DNA of 64,000 nt from Bdellovibrionales bacterium (GTDB lineage: Bacteria; Bdellovibrionota; UBA1018; CAIMNF01): contig CANBTI010000007.1 in assembly GCA_947372355.1 (NCBI GenBank), forward strand, positions 1,010-65,009. The letters are read 5' to 3'. Shown here piece by piece: positions 1-8,968 of the stretch. Below the pieces are notes generated by a model, which had not been told where the DNA came from, did no database searches, and saw only the letters and a program-made list of their open reading frames with translations. Position 1 is the stretch's first letter. Each line of letters opens with the position of its first letter. Both the position numbers and the translations under genes were made by a program.

Positions 1-101
1 CCTAACAAAACAATTCCTGCCTCCACCAACTCATCTAAAAAATAATTCGATCGCGCGGATGGATTGGACGCAATTAATTTTTCACCTTTATTTTCACTCA
101 T
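1..101 (-). CDS. smpB: SsrA-binding protein SmpB, 5' part (runs off the window start)
   Basis: Not in ORF track. Manual translation from ATG at 101 gives MSENKGEKLIASNPSARSNYFLDELVEAGIVLLG, matching the SmpB N-terminal pattern (IAxNxxAxxxY...EAGIVLxG). Start overlaps the stop of the upstream DUF502 gene. Confidence 0.85.
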   Translation of the reverse strand, partial: MSENKGEKLIASNPSARSNYFLDELVEAGIVLL

Positions 102-696
102 GAGGCATTGCCACCCCAAGACTTAAAATTAATTTAAAAGCATCATCCACTTTGAGTCCGCTTTCTTTCACTTCTTTTTCACTCACCATGAGATGAAAAC
201 CAGAAGTTGGATTGGGGACTGTAGGAATGTAAACACTGAGATAACCCTCAGGAATACCTTTAAGTTTTGCATTACCCGTTACAAATGCAACCGCCCAAAC
301 ATCTTTACGTGGATATTCAATATAAACGACTCGATTAAATTGCTTTCCACCACTACTTGAAATGGCACTAATAAGTTGTTCAAGTGAACTATAGATGGCG
401 CCGAAAAATGGAATTTTTTGCATTCCTTCTTTGAGCCACTCAAATACTTTCTGTCCAAAATACAGACGTGAAAACAATCCAACCAAGGAAACCAAAAGTA
501 CGCCTGCTAAAACAACACCCAACACAATTAATAAATTAAAGAGTGGAGAAATATCTCCTGTGAGGTGATGAATGGAAACGATGAGGCCACCAAAAATCCA
601 CTGGAATACAATGATCACAATTAAAATGGGGGCTAATACAATTAAGCCAGATAAAAAGTGATCTTTGATGATGAGTTTAATATTTTGTAAATTCAT
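94..696 (-). CDS. DUF502 family membrane protein
   Basis: Two N-terminal hydrophobic helices, then IYSSLEQL, VYIEYPRK, VYIPTVPNPTSGF and LILSLG, typical of DUF502. Confidence 0.85.
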   Translation of the reverse strand: MNLQNIKLIIKDHFLSGLIVLAPILIVIIVFQWIFGGLIVSIHHLTGDISPLFNLLIVLGVVLAGVLLVSLVGLFSRLYFGQKVFEWLKEGMQKIPFFGAIYSSLEQLISAISSSGGKQFNRVVYIEYPRKDVWAVAFVTGNAKLKGIPEGYLSVYIPTVPNPTSGFHLMVSEKEVKESGLKVDDAFKLILSLGVAMPHE

Positions 697-1916
697 ATTC
701 TTTTAGCCTCAAATGGAATGGTTAAACTAATATTTCCACCATATAGCCACCCAGATGCTCGATAACCAGGAGCACCGATTTCTGTTGAATCTGATTTTAC
801 CACGGTTTGTTCTGCCAAGCGAGAAACCTGAAGGGATGTTGAGAAATCCCATCCAGAAGAAAATGGAAAGATAACCCCAAATTGAAATGAGTGGCGAGGA
901 GGATCTAGATAATTGCCATTACCACTTGGAGTTTCTTTGAAAATACTGTCTTTATATTCATAACCCAATTCGAACTTTTGATTTCCGAATGACTTATTAA
1001 TAGCAACTCGAGGTACAAAAAGATTTTTAGTCTTAAAAGAAGGTGCTAATCCGTTAGAAAAAGTACTGGATACATTGTTGATCACCGCCGCCCGCGACTC
1101 AAACCCACTCCAAAGTTGATAAGAGCATCCCAGTGCTAGCATCCAGGTATCTAGTCCAATAAAACCTAGTGCGTATTGATGACTTAAATCAAAGGTCCAA
1201 GGATCAAAATATAAAGCACTGTTAGTTGAATAAGTAATATCAAAACTTGCATTCAACGGGGGAAAAACACTCGCACCCGCTGTCGTGTTTAAAGAGAAAT
1301 TAACTTTATTTTCTGCCTTTACCAAAAATCGATAACCCTCGTATTCCAATACCCCGATAGGAATTAGTTTAGGCTTCACTGACGCAGAAATTCTTTGATT
1401 GGAATATTTTCCAGTACCACTAAGAAGATAAGCGGTTGCCTCAGTGGTTACCCCAAACCCCAAATCAAGACCGACGCCCATTCTAAATGAATCTGATAAA
1501 TTCATCTCTCCCATGACTGAAATTCTTGGACGCTGTTTTTCAGCACGATACAAAACATATTCTGGCAAATAAGTATTACCGCTATCAATTTGTGAGAGAG
1601 AATTTAAAGGTAAAAACGATTTTAGTGTGAGATTCGCTTTTTTTTCTTCGTTGAGTACAATTTTAGCATTGATGGTTTGTGCAAAAACATCAGGATAGTT
1701 TTGATCCACTCCTCCACTCACTCCAGTTGCAACACTTGAAGTTTGCGGATTTTGAATCAATACATTGTTGATTGCACCAAAATTAGGGTGAAGATATTCA
1801 AAACCGAATTCAACCACTATAGGATATGAGTTTGAATTAAAGTACTCACTGGTCATTGCATGAGAACTAATGGAAAAGAGAAAAAATGAAACTAAAGCTA
1901 AAGTGAACTTTGCCAT
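693..1916 (-). CDS. Outer-membrane beta-barrel protein, possibly FadL/OmpP1-like
   Basis: Signal peptide from ATG 1916 (MAKFTLALVSFFLFSISSHA); alternating amphipathic strands; GNYLDPPRH segment near the C-terminus; aromatic residue near the end. ORF-track start is 1937. Confidence 0.5.
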   Translation of the reverse strand: MAKFTLALVSFFLFSISSHAMTSEYFNSNSYPIVVEFGFEYLHPNFGAINNVLIQNPQTSSVATGVSGGVDQNYPDVFAQTINAKIVLNEEKKANLTLKSFLPLNSLSQIDSGNTYLPEYVLYRAEKQRPRISVMGEMNLSDSFRMGVGLDLGFGVTTEATAYLLSGTGKYSNQRISASVKPKLIPIGVLEYEGYRFLVKAENKVNFSLNTTAGASVFPPLNASFDITYSTNSALYFDPWTFDLSHQYALGFIGLDTWMLALGCSYQLWSGFESRAAVINNVSSTFSNGLAPSFKTKNLFVPRVAINKSFGNQKFELGYEYKDSIFKETPSGNGNYLDPPRHSFQFGVIFPFSSGWDFSTSLQVSRLAEQTVVKSDSTEIGAPGYRASGWLYGGNISLTIPFEAKRI

Positions 1917-2695
1917 ATAGCCATCCAATCTTTCCACTCCAAAGCCTCAGCTCTAAGAGTGGGATCTACTCCTGATTTTTCAAAGGCAGCTTTCCAATGA
2001 CCATGACCTAAATTTGCTCGTAACATTTTTCTACGGTGCAAAAATGCCGACTTCAATAAGTCATTCCATTTTTTTCGTGCAGCTTCATTTGGAAGTTCAA
2101 TAAAAGGTGCTTCTCTTCGTTTTAACGTTACCACTTCCGACATCACTCTTGGCGGAGGATTGAAAGCATCCGGCTTAACCACCAACAAACGTTTCACATC
2201 CCATTCATTTTGAATATAGAGAGATAGCGAACCGCGATCTGGAGTGGAAGAAACTGCATATAATCTCTTAGCAACTTCAGCCTGAAACATTAAAACCATT
2301 TCAGGAATTTGAGAGGCATGCTCACAAAGTTTCACAACAATTGCAGTGCCTGCAGAATAGGGAAGATTTGAAACAACAACTACTTTTCCAAGAGATTGCA
2401 ATACTTCTTCAGAATGATCTAAAAAATCCCCCTCAAGCAAGCGAGTGATTCTCGTTTCAGGTTTCCAAAAATTAATGAGCTCTCGATCGCGCTCGGCAAC
2501 AAAGAATTTTTTTTCTATAGGAAGCTGAGCTAAAAGTGGTCGAGTGATCGCTCCCTTTCCTGGCCCAATTTCAAGTAATGAATGATCTTCATGACGAGAG
2601 AGTGCAGATATGGTTTCACTTACAATTCCATTAATGACTACAACGTCGGTAAGAAAGTGTTGTCCGAATGCTTTTCTTTTATCAAATGATTTCAT
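1898..2695 (-). CDS. rsmA: 16S rRNA m6,2A1518/1519 dimethyltransferase
   Basis: KAFGQHFL, LEIGPGKGAIT, VSNLPYS, MFQAEVA, FNPPPRVMS, AFLHRRKML. Confidence 0.96.
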   Translation of the reverse strand: MKSFDKRKAFGQHFLTDVVVINGIVSETISALSRHEDHSLLEIGPGKGAITRPLLAQLPIEKKFFVAERDRELINFWKPETRITRLLEGDFLDHSEEVLQSLGKVVVVSNLPYSAGTAIVVKLCEHASQIPEMVLMFQAEVAKRLYAVSSTPDRGSLSLYIQNEWDVKRLLVVKPDAFNPPPRVMSEVVTLKRREAPFIELPNEAARKKWNDLLKSAFLHRRKMLRANLGHGHWKAAFEKSGVDPTLRAEALEWKDWMAIWQSSL

Positions 2696-3747
2696 GAATC
2701 AGCCACCGCAAAAGCATTTAAGGTTAAATAGTCTTGTGCAACCAATCCGGCGCCTTGCTCAAACCGAATCGCACCTGCAGCCGCAATCATCGCAGCATTA
2801 TCAGTACAGTATTTTAAATCTGGATAAACAACGGGAACATTTGATTCCTGAGTAAACTTTGCTCTCAATCTGGAATTTGCAGAAACCCCGCCCACTACCA
2901 CAATTGTTTTGGCTTTTTTTACATTCGATAAATGGATTGTTTTTTTAACGAGTGGCTCTAGGATTGCTTCTTGAAGACTTGCACACAAATCACGGGTTGA
3001 TGATTCGAGTTTACCGAGCTTAATCAATGTTTGAGTTTGTAACATCACTGCAGTTTTTAACCCGCTGAATGAAAAATCATAAGAGTCTTTATTTTTAAGA
3101 CCACGAGGCAGTTGAAATGCTGCAGGATCTCCACCTACTGAATATTCATCAATCCATTTTCCTCCTGGGTAAGGAAATCCTAATAGCTTTGCTGTTTTAT
3201 CAAAAGCCTCTCCAGCGGCATCATCAATTGAGTGACCATAAAGTGAGGACTTTAATAAATCCTTTTTCCACAAATGAGGTTGTTCCTCAATAAAATGTAG
3301 ATGGGTGTGCCCACCAGATACCATTAAAAATACTGCTGGGAATTTGATCGATGAGTTACCAATAAAAGCACTCATCAAATGACCTTCGAGATGATGAACC
3401 GGAACCAGTGGTTTATTTGTTGAATATGCTAGCGCTTTTGCGGCAGTCACTCCAACCAACAATGCTCCAATTAAACCCGGACGATTCGTAACCGCAATTG
3501 CATCACAATCTTCAACACTTACTTTTGCAATTTTTAATGCATCTAAAATTACGGGCTGAACTTGCTCAAGATGATTTCTTGAGGCCACTTCTGGAACCAC
3601 CCCACCAAATGGCTGATGTAATTCTATCTGTGTGAAGGTACTCACACTCAGAGGTATAAATTGATCTACTCCTGCTTTTTTTTCATGAAGCAAAATAGAA
3701 GCAGAACATTCATCACAAGAAGTTTCGATCCCTAAAATTAAACTCAT
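2692..3747 (-). CDS. tsaD: tRNA N6-threonylcarbamoyltransferase TsaD
   Basis: ILGIETSCDE, GGVVPEVASRNH, HHLEGH, VSGGHT, DDAAGEAFDK, FSFSGLKT, CTDNAAMIA. Confidence 0.96.
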   Translation of the reverse strand: MSLILGIETSCDECSASILLHEKKAGVDQFIPLSVSTFTQIELHQPFGGVVPEVASRNHLEQVQPVILDALKIAKVSVEDCDAIAVTNRPGLIGALLVGVTAAKALAYSTNKPLVPVHHLEGHLMSAFIGNSSIKFPAVFLMVSGGHTHLHFIEEQPHLWKKDLLKSSLYGHSIDDAAGEAFDKTAKLLGFPYPGGKWIDEYSVGGDPAAFQLPRGLKNKDSYDFSFSGLKTAVMLQTQTLIKLGKLESSTRDLCASLQEAILEPLVKKTIHLSNVKKAKTIVVVGGVSANSRLRAKFTQESNVPVVYPDLKYCTDNAAMIAAAGAIRFEQGAGLVAQDYLTLNAFAVADS

Positions 3748-4607
3748 TTTTTAGAAGATTTTCCGCTTAATTTTTTCTTAGCTAGTTTTCCCTCAAGAGT
3801 CTTAGGATATTTCTCGGAGAGCTCTTGATAAAATGCCTTTGAATCTTCTTTCATTTCTAGCGCATCAAAACATTCAGCAATTTTTAGTAACGCTTTCGAA
3901 TTGAAGTTCGACTTTGGAAATTTTTCAGAAAACTTTGAGTAATCGACAATTGCCTTTTTATACTGCTTTAACTTGAAATAACTTTCTCCACGAATAAACA
4001 CTCCCTCTTCAACGTCTTTTCCTTTTTCGTTATTACTTAAAAAAGAATCAAGATACTGAATTGCCGTTTCATACTTTGAAGAATAGTAGGCATCCTTGGC
4101 AGCTTGAAGTGGGGTTTTACCCTCTGGTACTGCTGGTCCGTTATTTTGCTCTTCTTTTTCTTTTAGCTGTTTTTCTAATTCAGCTATTTTGACCTGAAGT
4201 TTATTTTGCTCATCCTGCTGGGTTACCTGTTGATTTTTTTTGTCTTGTTCAAGCTCCTCAACTTTTCCACTTAACTTTGCAAGCTCTGCTCTCATTTCCT
4301 CAATCCCATACTGAGATTGTGTATTTGAAGGCACAGGTGTTGTGGCCGGTAAAAGCGGGGATGGTCTGCTGGTTGTTTGTGAAGTTGTCTCAGGAGCTTT
4401 GTTTGATTCCACCACTGTAGGTTCTACGGGATTTAAATCTTCACTTTTAACTACTGAATTTTTTGTGGAAGCATTTGAAGTTTCATCTGCTGTAGAATCA
4501 CCCGATAACAATCCACGTTTTTCATTCAACTCAGATCGGGTGGTTACACAACCTGAAAATATAAACGCTGATAAAGAAATGACTAATAAAAATTGAACTG
4601 ATTTCAT
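3744..4607 (-). CDS. CpoB/YbgF-like coiled-coil plus TPR lipoprotein
   Basis: Lipobox (FSGC), low-complexity linker, coiled coil, C-terminal TPRs; lies downstream of pal as cpoB usually does. Confidence 0.75.
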   Translation of the reverse strand: MKSVQFLLVISLSAFIFSGCVTTRSELNEKRGLLSGDSTADETSNASTKNSVVKSEDLNPVEPTVVESNKAPETTSQTTSRPSPLLPATTPVPSNTQSQYGIEEMRAELAKLSGKVEELEQDKKNQQVTQQDEQNKLQVKIAELEKQLKEKEEQNNGPAVPEGKTPLQAAKDAYYSSKYETAIQYLDSFLSNNEKGKDVEEGVFIRGESYFKLKQYKKAIVDYSKFSEKFPKSNFNSKALLKIAECFDALEMKEDSKAFYQELSEKYPKTLEGKLAKKKLSGKSSKK

Positions 4608-4648
4608 GCTGAAATCTTCTCAAATATAAGGTCAACTGACAAGAATTG

Positions 4649-5095
4649 TTACTTGTGTGGAGCGGAACCAGGCGTTGGGGCAGATGGGTTCATGTTTCCG
4701 TTATCAGATGCCGGTGGCGCAACTGGCTCAGGAGCATAGGATGGATCAGAAAGAGGATCTTGTGGCAGCGCTTCTCTTTTTCCACCATTACGGATGGATT
4801 CAAATTCAGCTTTTTCTGCGAAAATGCGCGCCTGATCAGCAAGCTCTTTTGCTCTGGAGAAGTTTTTAAAACGGTACTCCTTGCGCGCATCTTGCCCACG
4901 TTCTAGTGCAAAACGATATAACTCTGGTGCTAAATTATCAGCACCTACTTCTTTTGCAGCCTTGATTGCCACATCCATATTCGACATCTCTTGCGAAGGA
5001 CGGACTGCCGTAATCGAACAAGAACAAAGTAAAACAGAGAGCATCCAAACGGACACTCCCTGTTTAAAGGTAATAATATTAAACTTTGAAAACAT
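4649..5095 (-). CDS. DUF4398-like lipoprotein
   Basis: Lipobox (LCSC); AAKEVGADNLAPELY...A..A...AEKAE helical pattern; Pro-rich tail. Confidence 0.7.
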   Translation of the reverse strand: MFSKFNIITFKQGVSVWMLSVLLCSCSITAVRPSQEMSNMDVAIKAAKEVGADNLAPELYRFALERGQDARKEYRFKNFSRAKELADQARIFAEKAEFESIRNGGKREALPQDPLSDPSYAPEPVAPPASDNGNMNPSAPTPGSAPHK

Positions 5096-5098
5096 AAA

Positions 5099-5584
5099 TT
5101 AACGAGCGGTGATTACAAAAGTACCACGGCGATTCTTAGCATGAGCTGCATCTGAATCTGAAGTATCCAATAATTTCTCTTTACCAAAACTAATAATACT
5201 CAATCGATCCCCAGAAACACCTTGATCGATCATAAATTTTTTCACTGAATTTGCTCTTTTTTCGCCAAGTGCGAGATTATACTGAATTCCACCACGAGAG
5301 TCGCAATGTCCTTCGATTTGAATTTTAAGTGATGGTTTATCTTTTAAAATTTGAGCATTCGCTTTGAGTTGAGCTTTATTTGCATCATCAAGTGTATAAG
5401 AATCGTAACCAAAGTGAATGGTTTGTAGTCCCATTGCTTTGCCACTATCAGAATCACCCATGGTGTTTTCATCAGCGTTTGCTGCAGTTGGGATCACTCC
5501 GTCATCGGTAGTTTGTACTTTTGGTTTAGAACAAGCAGATAGAGAAATCAAAGCTGCGAGGGTTAAAGTTAGAATTTTTTTCAT
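5099..5584 (-). CDS. pal: Peptidoglycan-associated lipoprotein (OmpA-like domain)
   Basis: Lipobox LSAC from ATG 5584; IHFGYDS, IEGHCDSRG, YNLALGEKRA, ISFGKEK, NRR. Confidence 0.9.
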   Translation of the reverse strand: MKKILTLTLAALISLSACSKPKVQTTDDGVIPTAANADENTMGDSDSGKAMGLQTIHFGYDSYTLDDANKAQLKANAQILKDKPSLKIQIEGHCDSRGGIQYNLALGEKRANSVKKFMIDQGVSGDRLSIISFGKEKLLDTSDSDAAHAKNRRGTFVITAR

Positions 5585-5604
5585 GTGTGTTCTCCTTAGG
5601 GTAT

Positions 5605-6774
5605 TTAAGAACACTTTACCCATTCCTGCAAGAGATCATTCCCAAATTCGCATAGCGTTGTACGCTCCCACTCTTCCCGATTGGCCTCAAAAAACCCAGT
5701 AACTCTATAGGGCGAGGACTGGGATAGAACTCCAAAATCCTTATCCCCCGTAAAACGATGGACTATATCAATTCTATTCACCCGAAAGAGCTCACTTAAG
5801 GTTCTAGCCCCCCCTTCGCAAAAAATACTTTGAATCTCAGTACCGAAATCTGTTTTCTCAACTGCTGATATGAGTTCTTCAATAGTTTTTTGTTTATAAA
5901 TGTAAGTTGATTGTGGAATTGAAGTTTTCGGGATTTGATCTTTGGGATCATGGATTAAAACAATCGGATTTCTCCGATGAGGTTCGGCGCAATCTCGAAC
6001 CGTTAGCTTTGGTTGATCTTTAATCCAAGTTCCAGCACCCACTAAAATTGCATCATATTTCTGCCTAAGCCAATGAGTGTAAGCCCGCGAAGAAGTATTG
6101 GTGATCCATTTTGAGTTTCCCTCAAAATCCGCTAGTAACCCATCTTGATTCTCAGCCCACTTCGCAACCCATATTGGAGAATGGTGGGTTTGAAAATTTA
6201 AAAATGGATAATGCCAAGCCTTTACTTCATTTTTCAATACACCAATGATCACTTCTTTTTTCGCTTTTTTTAAAAGATCTATACCTTTACCAGCAACTAG
6301 CCGATTTGGATCTTCGCATCCAATCAATACTTTTTCTATCGCGGGGTGAAGAAGTAATTCCGCACAAGGTGGCTGCTTGCCGATGTGTGAGCAAGGCTCA
6401 AGGGTAACGTAAACATGAAGATTAGAAAGATCATCAAGAGAGTAAGATTTTTGTAAAGATTCGAACGCCATTCTTTCTGCATGGAAGCCGCCGTATTTTT
6501 GCGTGAATCCACGAGCCAACACTTGGTTGTCCTTCACAATCACACAACCGACAGAAGGATTGGGTGCGGCCCATCCAATTCCATTCATCGCTTCTAATAG
6601 GGCAAGCGACATCCACCTTTCTTCCAAAGTGGTTGCTGAATCTGGGATTAGAAAATCATTTTCAGAATGACCAGGTAATGTGCGAGCTGCGATCCCCCCC
6701 ATTCCGAATCCTTTTTTTAGCATGGCATAATAGTCGCAATCTTTTGTGCTTCGAACAACCAAAAACAAACTCAT
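5605..6774 (-). CDS. ribD: Riboflavin biosynthesis deaminase/reductase
   Basis: PNPSVGCVIV, HAE, VTLEPCSHIGKQPPC, then KWITN, HWLRQKYDAILVGAGT, CEGG. True start uncertain and probably downstream of 6774. Confidence 0.9.
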   Translation of the reverse strand: MSLFLVVRSTKDCDYYAMLKKGFGMGGIAARTLPGHSENDFLIPDSATTLEERWMSLALLEAMNGIGWAAPNPSVGCVIVKDNQVLARGFTQKYGGFHAERMAFESLQKSYSLDDLSNLHVYVTLEPCSHIGKQPPCAELLLHPAIEKVLIGCEDPNRLVAGKGIDLLKKAKKEVIIGVLKNEVKAWHYPFLNFQTHHSPIWVAKWAENQDGLLADFEGNSKWITNTSSRAYTHWLRQKYDAILVGAGTWIKDQPKLTVRDCAEPHRRNPIVLIHDPKDQIPKTSIPQSTYIYKQKTIEELISAVEKTDFGTEIQSIFCEGGARTLSELFRVNRIDIVHRFTGDKDFGVLSQSSPYRVTGFFEANREEWERTTLCEFGNDLLQEWVKCS

Positions 6775-6798
6775 TTAAAAAATGAGAAAGGAATAAAT

Positions 6799-7179
6799 AT
6801 GATGAATCTAAACAAAGCACACTTGATGGGAAGACTCGGAAATGACCCGATCATGCGCACAACTCAAAAGGGAACAAAAGTAACAACCTTCAGTCTTGCC
6901 ACTCAAGATTTTGTGAAAACTAAAAATGAAAATGAAACCACCTGGCATCGAATTGTACTTTGGGGTCAAGCTGCTGAATTTTGCTCTACTTACTTAAAAA
7001 AAGGAGATGCAGTTTATGTGGACGGAAGCATGAAAGTGAGAAAATTTGAGGGGGAAGATGGAAAAATGAATTACATGCATGAAATTCATTCCATGAAAAT
7101 TCAAACTCTTGGATTTAGAAAAGATGGCCAAAAAGGCACGCAACCTACTGAACCGGACGAACTACATCACCAATCATGA
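6799..7179 (+). CDS. ssb: Single-stranded DNA-binding protein (short, no canonical acidic tip)
   Basis: LNKAHLMGRLGNDP, FSLAT, TTWHRIVLWG, YLKKGDAVYVDG OB-fold motifs; ends EPDELHHQS rather than DDDIPF. Confidence 0.88.
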   Translation: MMNLNKAHLMGRLGNDPIMRTTQKGTKVTTFSLATQDFVKTKNENETTWHRIVLWGQAAEFCSTYLKKGDAVYVDGSMKVRKFEGEDGKMNYMHEIHSMKIQTLGFRKDGQKGTQPTEPDELHHQS

Positions 7180-7552
7180 TTGCTTGGGGCAGGAGCGCAG
7201 GCTCCTGCTCCACTGATACAAATCGATCAGCGCGCGCGATTGCGGTTTTTTCATCTACATGAATCACTCGAATTTTACCCACTGGAATCATATGATCACC
7301 CATGTGTTTTTGAGTTAAATTATCAAAACTGGAAATGCGTCGGTACACATCGAGCATGGATCCCTTATGAACACCTTGACTACTACCGATGCTTACAAAA
7401 ATATCTTTGGGTGGCTGTGCACTTCCATCACCTAAATCAATTGGTCGGTAAACTTGATAAACAGTATAATCGGATTCAATGCCCAGCGCTCTGGTGCCAA
7501 ATAGAATTTCGCAAAATATTGCAAAAACTGAAAAAACTTTTATTACTTTCAT
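7145..7552 (-). CDS. Secreted protein resembling the FlgT C-terminal beta domain
   Basis: GGAGGAG Shine-Dalgarno before ATG 7552; signal peptide; IFVSIGSSQGVHKGSMLDVYR...VGKIRVIHV...AIAR pattern. Confidence 0.5.
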   Translation of the reverse strand: MKVIKVFSVFAIFCEILFGTRALGIESDYTVYQVYRPIDLGDGSAQPPKDIFVSIGSSQGVHKGSMLDVYRRISSFDNLTQKHMGDHMIPVGKIRVIHVDEKTAIARADRFVSVEQEPALLPQAIMIGDVVRPVQ

Positions 7553-7643
7553 GGCCACTCCTCCAAAATGAATGGGCGAAAACATTTAATCCATTGCCCA
7601 TTCCGTGGCCTTTTTTGAGAGACATCCTTGCCTCTGCACTTAC

Positions 7644-7671
7644 TCATCGGGTCTTCCTAGACACAGCTTTA
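7644..7671 (-). promoter_or_regulatory. Putative sigma28 (FliA) promoter
   Basis: Minus strand TAAAGCTG-N12-CCCGATGA versus consensus TAAAGTTT-N11-GCCGATAA; about 90 nt upstream of the 7552 start. Confidence 0.45.
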
Positions 7672-7695
7672 GTAAAATTTAATACAAATCTTTGG

Positions 7696-8589
7696 TCATT
7701 TTTTTGACTTCATTTTTTCCGTTAAAATTGCTTCGAGATTAAGAAAATGAAACTCTTTTCTCAACTTGGGAACTTCAACACTCAAAAGTTCTTCGGTTGG
7801 TTTCTTCCAATTAATTTTGCTTTCTAGCTCTTTCCAAGATTGATCCCAAGCCAACATTTCTTCTTGGTTGTGCTTAGTGAAGATGTCATTAAATGTTTTT
7901 TTATAGATTGGTGCAATTTGTCTTTGTAAAATCCAACGCTTAGCCTCGTCAGTTTTAATCGTCATGCCTAATCGATCAGTCGTCTCTTTTAGCAATTGAT
8001 CTTGCTCTGTGAGCCAGTGATCGTTCAAGCAGGAATAAAAGGCTCTAGGCAAATAGGTGTTTCCTCCAAGAAATGGAGCAAAATTCGTAATGGCTGTTTC
8101 GTCCTCTTTATCATTTGATTCTTCACATAATTGGGCCAAATCAACTGCACGCTGTGCTGCTCTCAGTTCCACTCCCGATAAAATCATATGATGAAAACTC
8201 TCTACCCAATTTAAAACATTTTCATATGAGTAGTTTGCCAAAAAAGATTTTTGCTCAACTAGATACTCTTCTTTATTTAAATTTATATTTTGATCTTTTA
8301 ACCGTAAAAAGGCTTGATCAAATGCAAGAGCGAGTTGGGTTTGATAACACTCTTTGTGATCACATGCGATTAAATAAGATCTAAAAGGCAATCCCTCAAG
8401 CACTTGCTTTAAAATCTTAATCCCTGCGCGCGGATCAGAAGCCAATGAACGATCTTCATGAGTTTTTTTGAGTTTTAGTTCCTTATAATAATCATTCCAT
8501 GCATCCTCATCCGAAACTCCTGAAAGCACAGAAACACATGAAGTGAGCAATAAGATAAATCCGGTAATTAAAATGCTACTTTTTTGCAT
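7696..8589 (-). CDS. Hypothetical lipoprotein, all-helical
   Basis: Lipobox LTSC; 297 aa; overlaps the stop of the upstream gene; no family recognised. Confidence 0.7.
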   Translation of the reverse strand: MQKSSILITGFILLLTSCVSVLSGVSDEDAWNDYYKELKLKKTHEDRSLASDPRAGIKILKQVLEGLPFRSYLIACDHKECYQTQLALAFDQAFLRLKDQNINLNKEEYLVEQKSFLANYSYENVLNWVESFHHMILSGVELRAAQRAVDLAQLCEESNDKEDETAITNFAPFLGGNTYLPRAFYSCLNDHWLTEQDQLLKETTDRLGMTIKTDEAKRWILQRQIAPIYKKTFNDIFTKHNQEEMLAWDQSWKELESKINWKKPTEELLSVEVPKLRKEFHFLNLEAILTEKMKSKK

Positions 8590-8845
8590 CTTCTATTACC
8601 TCTCTTACACGATCTCCATCTGATATTATTTTCCAGTTTTGTGAAGGACATGCCAATTCAATGGGTGCATTGGTTGTGTGATCTTTTTTGATGGATTCTA
8701 CTTGTGGTTGATTTTCACAAAGGTAACGCCAGTAGAGTAATGATTTTTCGTTTTCGCTTTTAGGCGCACGAGTGCGTGCTTCCGAAATGGAACCACTGAT
8801 CGTTATGCAAAAAACGAGTGTGAATACTACTGAGATTGATCTCAT
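8576..8845 (-). CDS. Small secreted hypothetical protein
   Basis: Signal peptide (…SISEA); two Cys in the mature part (YLCE, LACP). Confidence 0.65.
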   Translation of the reverse strand: MRSISVVFTLVFCITISGSISEARTRAPKSENEKSLLYWRYLCENQPQVESIKKDHTTNAPIELACPSQNWKIISDGDRVREVIEDAKK

Positions 8846-8853
8846 CTAAGAAC

Positions 8854-8880
8854 TTATCGGTTCGCAGATGGAAAACTCGA
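8854..8880 (-). promoter_or_regulatory. Putative sigma28 (FliA) promoter
   Basis: Minus strand TCGAGTTT-N11-ACCGATAA, with exact consensus spacing; 8 nt lie between the -10 box and ATG 8845. Confidence 0.6.
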
Positions 8881-8909
8881 GTTTCGAGAGAAACCGACAA
8901 TTTTTTGAC

Positions 8910-8942
8910 AAAAATGGGCTGATGAGAATCTCTCACCAGCCC
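8910..8942 (-). terminator. Intrinsic terminator after the ABC substrate-binding gene
   Basis: Minus-strand stem GGGCUGGUGAGA / UCUCAUCAGCCC (one G-U pair), 3-nt loop, followed by A and U5. Confidence 0.7.
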
Positions 8943-8968
8943 TTTAGACTTTAAAAATATGAACGCAA

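Noticed and set aside
7180-7707. 175-aa plus-strand ORF
   Set aside because: Antisense to a gene with a strong Shine-Dalgarno and signal peptide; no motifs; treated as a shadow ORF.
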